Positions 18,154-20,320 of a stretch of 20,320 nt of DNA are shown here, in pieces; position 1 is the stretch's first letter, and the number at the start of each line of letters is the position of its first letter. Source of the stretch: Verrucomicrobiota bacterium (GTDB taxonomy: Bacteria; Verrucomicrobiota; Verrucomicrobiia; Opitutales; Coraliomargaritaceae); NCBI GenBank assembly GCA_039815375.1, contig JBCBZJ010000038.1, positions 1 through 20,320 on the forward strand, given 5' to 3'. The position numbers and the translations under genes are program-made. Under the pieces are notes generated by a model. That model worked only from the letters and a program-made list of their open reading frames with translations. It was not told where the DNA came from and made no database searches.

Positions 18154-18191
18154 GGTTCCCTAAGTAACCAATGTTAGTTCCTTTCGGAATT
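18154..18191. promoter_or_regulatory. Two tandem 16 bp palindromic operator candidates (consensus RGTTCC-N4-GGAACY)
   Basis: GGTTCC-ctaa-GTAACC (18154-18169) and AGTTCC-tttc-GGAATT (18176-18191) start 22 bp apart in the divergent gap. A TTGATT -35-like hexamer sits at 18147-18152. Confidence 0.6.
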
Positions 18192-18196
18192 TAAAA

Positions 18197-18409
18197 ATGG
18201 AAATAGATGCAAAAAAACGGACGCTAATCGACCTCAATAAGGAACTCAGCGCATCCGAGCTGAAAAGGCTCAGCAAGATAGCCAAAGATCAGGGCTGTAG
18301 CCCTCGGCAACAGGCAACTAAGATTATTTTCGAATATCTAACCAAGAATCATAAACTGGAGAAAGACGCAATCCAAGCAACCTCGGAAGAATCCAATGAA
18401 AGGCGATAG
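18197..18409 (+). CDS. Small basic hypothetical protein, possible ribbon-helix-helix DNA-binding protein
   Basis: 70 aa, divergent from the XRE gene. LS..EL.RL..IAK.QG.SP.QQA..II.EYL resembles Arc/CopG helices. Confidence 0.55.
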   Translation: MEIDAKKRTLIDLNKELSASELKRLSKIAKDQGCSPRQQATKIIFEYLTKNHKLEKDAIQATSEESNERR

Positions 18410-18638
18410 TCAGAATCAACGCACACATTACCTGGTCGCCAAAAGAACCACCCAGGAGGAATTAAAAATGTGGCGCAAGGCCCATGAATATTATCGCAGT
18501 AATGGATGGGATGATCTGGCCGAAGCCGCTGAAAAGCAAATAAAGCGTGTCAGTGAGGTCATCGCCCGAGAATTCGTCTACAAGAACCATTACTCCAGTT
18601 CCATGATGCGGTTGGCAAAAGAAAAGGATGTAGATTAA
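18396..18638 (+). CDS. Hypothetical 80 aa helical protein
   Basis: Overlaps the preceding gene by 14 nt; charged helical composition; no family recognised. Confidence 0.55.
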   Translation: MKGDSQNQRTHYLVAKRTTQEELKMWRKAHEYYRSNGWDDLAEAAEKQIKRVSEVIAREFVYKNHYSSSMMRLAKEKDVD

Positions 18639-18729
18639 ACCTCTATGCCGTAGGGCATAACATGGTTTTACAACTCGACAGATTGGCCGAGCTCGGCTTT
18701 CTCTCAATAAGCATCCAACACTGACTATC

Positions 18730-19044
18730 ATGATCCTGACAAACGTTGAACAAATTCCCGGAAAAACGATTACTGAGAACTACGGCCTAGTCACCGGAAA
18801 TACCGTGCGCGCCAAAAACGTAGGGCGCGATTTCGCGGCAGGTCTGAAAAATCTGGTAGGGGGCGAGCTCAAAGGCTACACCGAGCTTCTGACTGAAGCA
18901 CGTAATGAAGCAGTTGATCGCATGAAGGAGCAGGCCGACGCACTTGGCGCCAACGCTGTCATCAATGTCCGCTTTTCCACATCAGCCGTCGCCCAGGGCG
19001 CGGCAGAACTCTACGTCTACGGCACTGCGGTGCGCGCGGAGTAA
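18730..19044 (+). CDS. ybjQ: YbjQ family (UPF0145) putative heavy-metal-binding protein
   Basis: GLVTGNTVRAKNVGRDFAAGLKNLVGGELKGYTELL..AR.EA..RM...A..LGANAV...YGTAV is the family signature. Confidence 0.93.
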   Translation: MILTNVEQIPGKTITENYGLVTGNTVRAKNVGRDFAAGLKNLVGGELKGYTELLTEARNEAVDRMKEQADALGANAVINVRFSTSAVAQGAAELYVYGTAVRAE

Positions 19045-19048
19045 AACG

Positions 19049-19537
19049 ATGGAAGACTCGACACTGGAAACCATCGATCTGGTTATCCTGCTGCTGGTTT
19101 ACGGGCTCCCTGTCTTACTGGCAGTAGGCGGGCTCGTCATCGGTTCCTTTCTGGAGCGAAAACACTTCGAGTCGATCCGGGAAAGAGAAAAGCGACTTGC
19201 CGGATTGCCGGCACTGCCAACCAAGGTTCTGGACAGCAGCCGCGAGACGGAGGAGGGAGAGCTCGTCACTGCATCGGTCGTAGTCTCCCTCGACTACTTC
19301 AAACGCATTCTCGCATCCCTGCGTAACATTTTCGGCGGGAGGGTTCGCGCCTATGAAAGTCTGCTCGACCGGGCGAAGCGTGAAGCCATCCTTCGCCTCA
19401 AAGAACAGGCGCCCGACTCCGACGCTATTATCAATATCCGCCTCGAAACCTCTTCCCTCGCCTACACTCAATCGCGAAAAAAGGGAATCGGAGGCGTCGA
19501 AGTGCTCGCCTACGGGACCGCCGTGCGCTACCGTTAA
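19049..19537 (+). CDS. YbjQ family protein with N-terminal TM anchor
   Basis: TM helix followed by SVVVSLDYFKR....LRNIFGG.V..YESLLDRA.REA.LR.KE...EVLAYGTA. Start ATG 19049 lies 4 nt after the ybjQ stop. Confidence 0.88.
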   Translation: MEDSTLETIDLVILLLVYGLPVLLAVGGLVIGSFLERKHFESIREREKRLAGLPALPTKVLDSSRETEEGELVTASVVVSLDYFKRILASLRNIFGGRVRAYESLLDRAKREAILRLKEQAPDSDAIINIRLETSSLAYTQSRKKGIGGVEVLAYGTAVRYR

Positions 19538-19540
19538 GGC

Positions 19541-20317
19541 GTGAAATTCGTCCCCAAAGAACTCAACCAAGCGGCAGAGAACAGCAGTGGAGGTGGGCCG
19601 CGTGGCATGCGCCGCGAAGCACTTGTCCTGACCCTACTCATGTGCCTGACCGTTACCTTGCTCTATCTGACGATAGGATGGGTCACGGACTTTGCCGTCA
19701 GTCGCATTACACCCGAACAGGAGCAAAAACTCTTCGCCGGCGTCAACTTCGGAAATGATTCCGATGAAGCACCCGAAGAATATTTGGAGAAATGGCAGCT
19801 CTCGCAGCAGATTCTTGATAAACTCGTAGAGTTTCCGGAGGTGCCGGAAATTGATTTTCAGTTGAGTATCTATGAGGATGCTATGCTCAATGCCTTCGCC
19901 CTCCCCGGTGGTGGCATCGCTTTAACACAAGGTCTGCTCGACCAACTTGATGAAGAAATCGCCATCGCCTTTATCATCGCCCATGAACTCGGTCATTTTG
20001 CAGGCCGCGACCACCTGCAGGGCATGGGTCGACAAATCGGCTTCGGCATAGCAATTCAGCTATTAACTGGTGGCAGCCCGGACGGCCTGACGAATTCCGC
20101 CATGCAGCTCGTGAACCTCGGCTACAGTCGGGAACAGGAAAGCGCAGCCGATGCCTTCGCCATCCGCTGTATCGACTATGTTTACGGGCGAAGAGACGGC
20201 GCTGAACGCCTCTTCAAATTGCTTCAGGAAGAAAGCACCCTGCCCTCCTGGGCCTACATGTTCCAGACCCACCCCGATAACGAGAAGCGGATTCAAGCGA
20301 TCGTCGAAGCGGAGTGA
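19541..20317 (+). CDS. M48 family zinc metallopeptidase
   Basis: NAFALPGG, IIAHELGH (HExxH), YSREQE..AD and THP...RI motifs; one N-terminal TM; GTG start. Confidence 0.92.
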   Translation: MKFVPKELNQAAENSSGGGPRGMRREALVLTLLMCLTVTLLYLTIGWVTDFAVSRITPEQEQKLFAGVNFGNDSDEAPEEYLEKWQLSQQILDKLVEFPEVPEIDFQLSIYEDAMLNAFALPGGGIALTQGLLDQLDEEIAIAFIIAHELGHFAGRDHLQGMGRQIGFGIAIQLLTGGSPDGLTNSAMQLVNLGYSREQESAADAFAIRCIDYVYGRRDGAERLFKLLQEESTLPSWAYMFQTHPDNEKRIQAIVEAE

Positions 20318-20320
20318 ACC

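Noticed and set aside
17698..18638. Intact prophage or mobile element call for the XRE block
   Set aside because: No integrase, att repeats, replication or structural genes seen; reported only as a switch-like module.
1..20320. CRISPR array, tRNA/rRNA, IS elements
   Set aside because: No regularly spaced repeats, cloverleaf or rRNA signatures, or transposase motifs seen; intergenic gaps are all under about 300 bp.

Overview
Gene-dense bacterial window. A marine or aquatic Verrucomicrobiota (Opitutales-like) origin is my guess from gene content only. From left to right it holds a 5'-truncated YbbA/YbbP-type ABC ATPase and permease, then a secreted calcineurin-like metallophosphoesterase. A roughly 7.8 kb light/DNA-damage locus follows, built around a 70 bp divergent gap. 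Its leftward arm is DUF2256 zinc finger, atypical photolyase/cryptochrome, TIGR03643, DUF3253, thioesterase and a divergent ADP-ribosylglycohydrolase. Its rightward arm is an inverted-topology NewPHL-type photolyase, a 73 aa orphan and a DoxX gene, followed by two more DoxX-superfamily genes and a YcaQ-like DNA glycosylase. Next come an AT-rich orphan membrane gene, DUF1772, a lactonase and a CPA2/Kef antiporter. An AT-rich, phage-switch-like XRE module with two tandem palindromic operators and a YbjQ-YbjQ-M48 peptidase operon end the window. I saw no rRNA, tRNA, CRISPR array, integrase or transposase. All family calls come from motif recognition by eye, not database searches.
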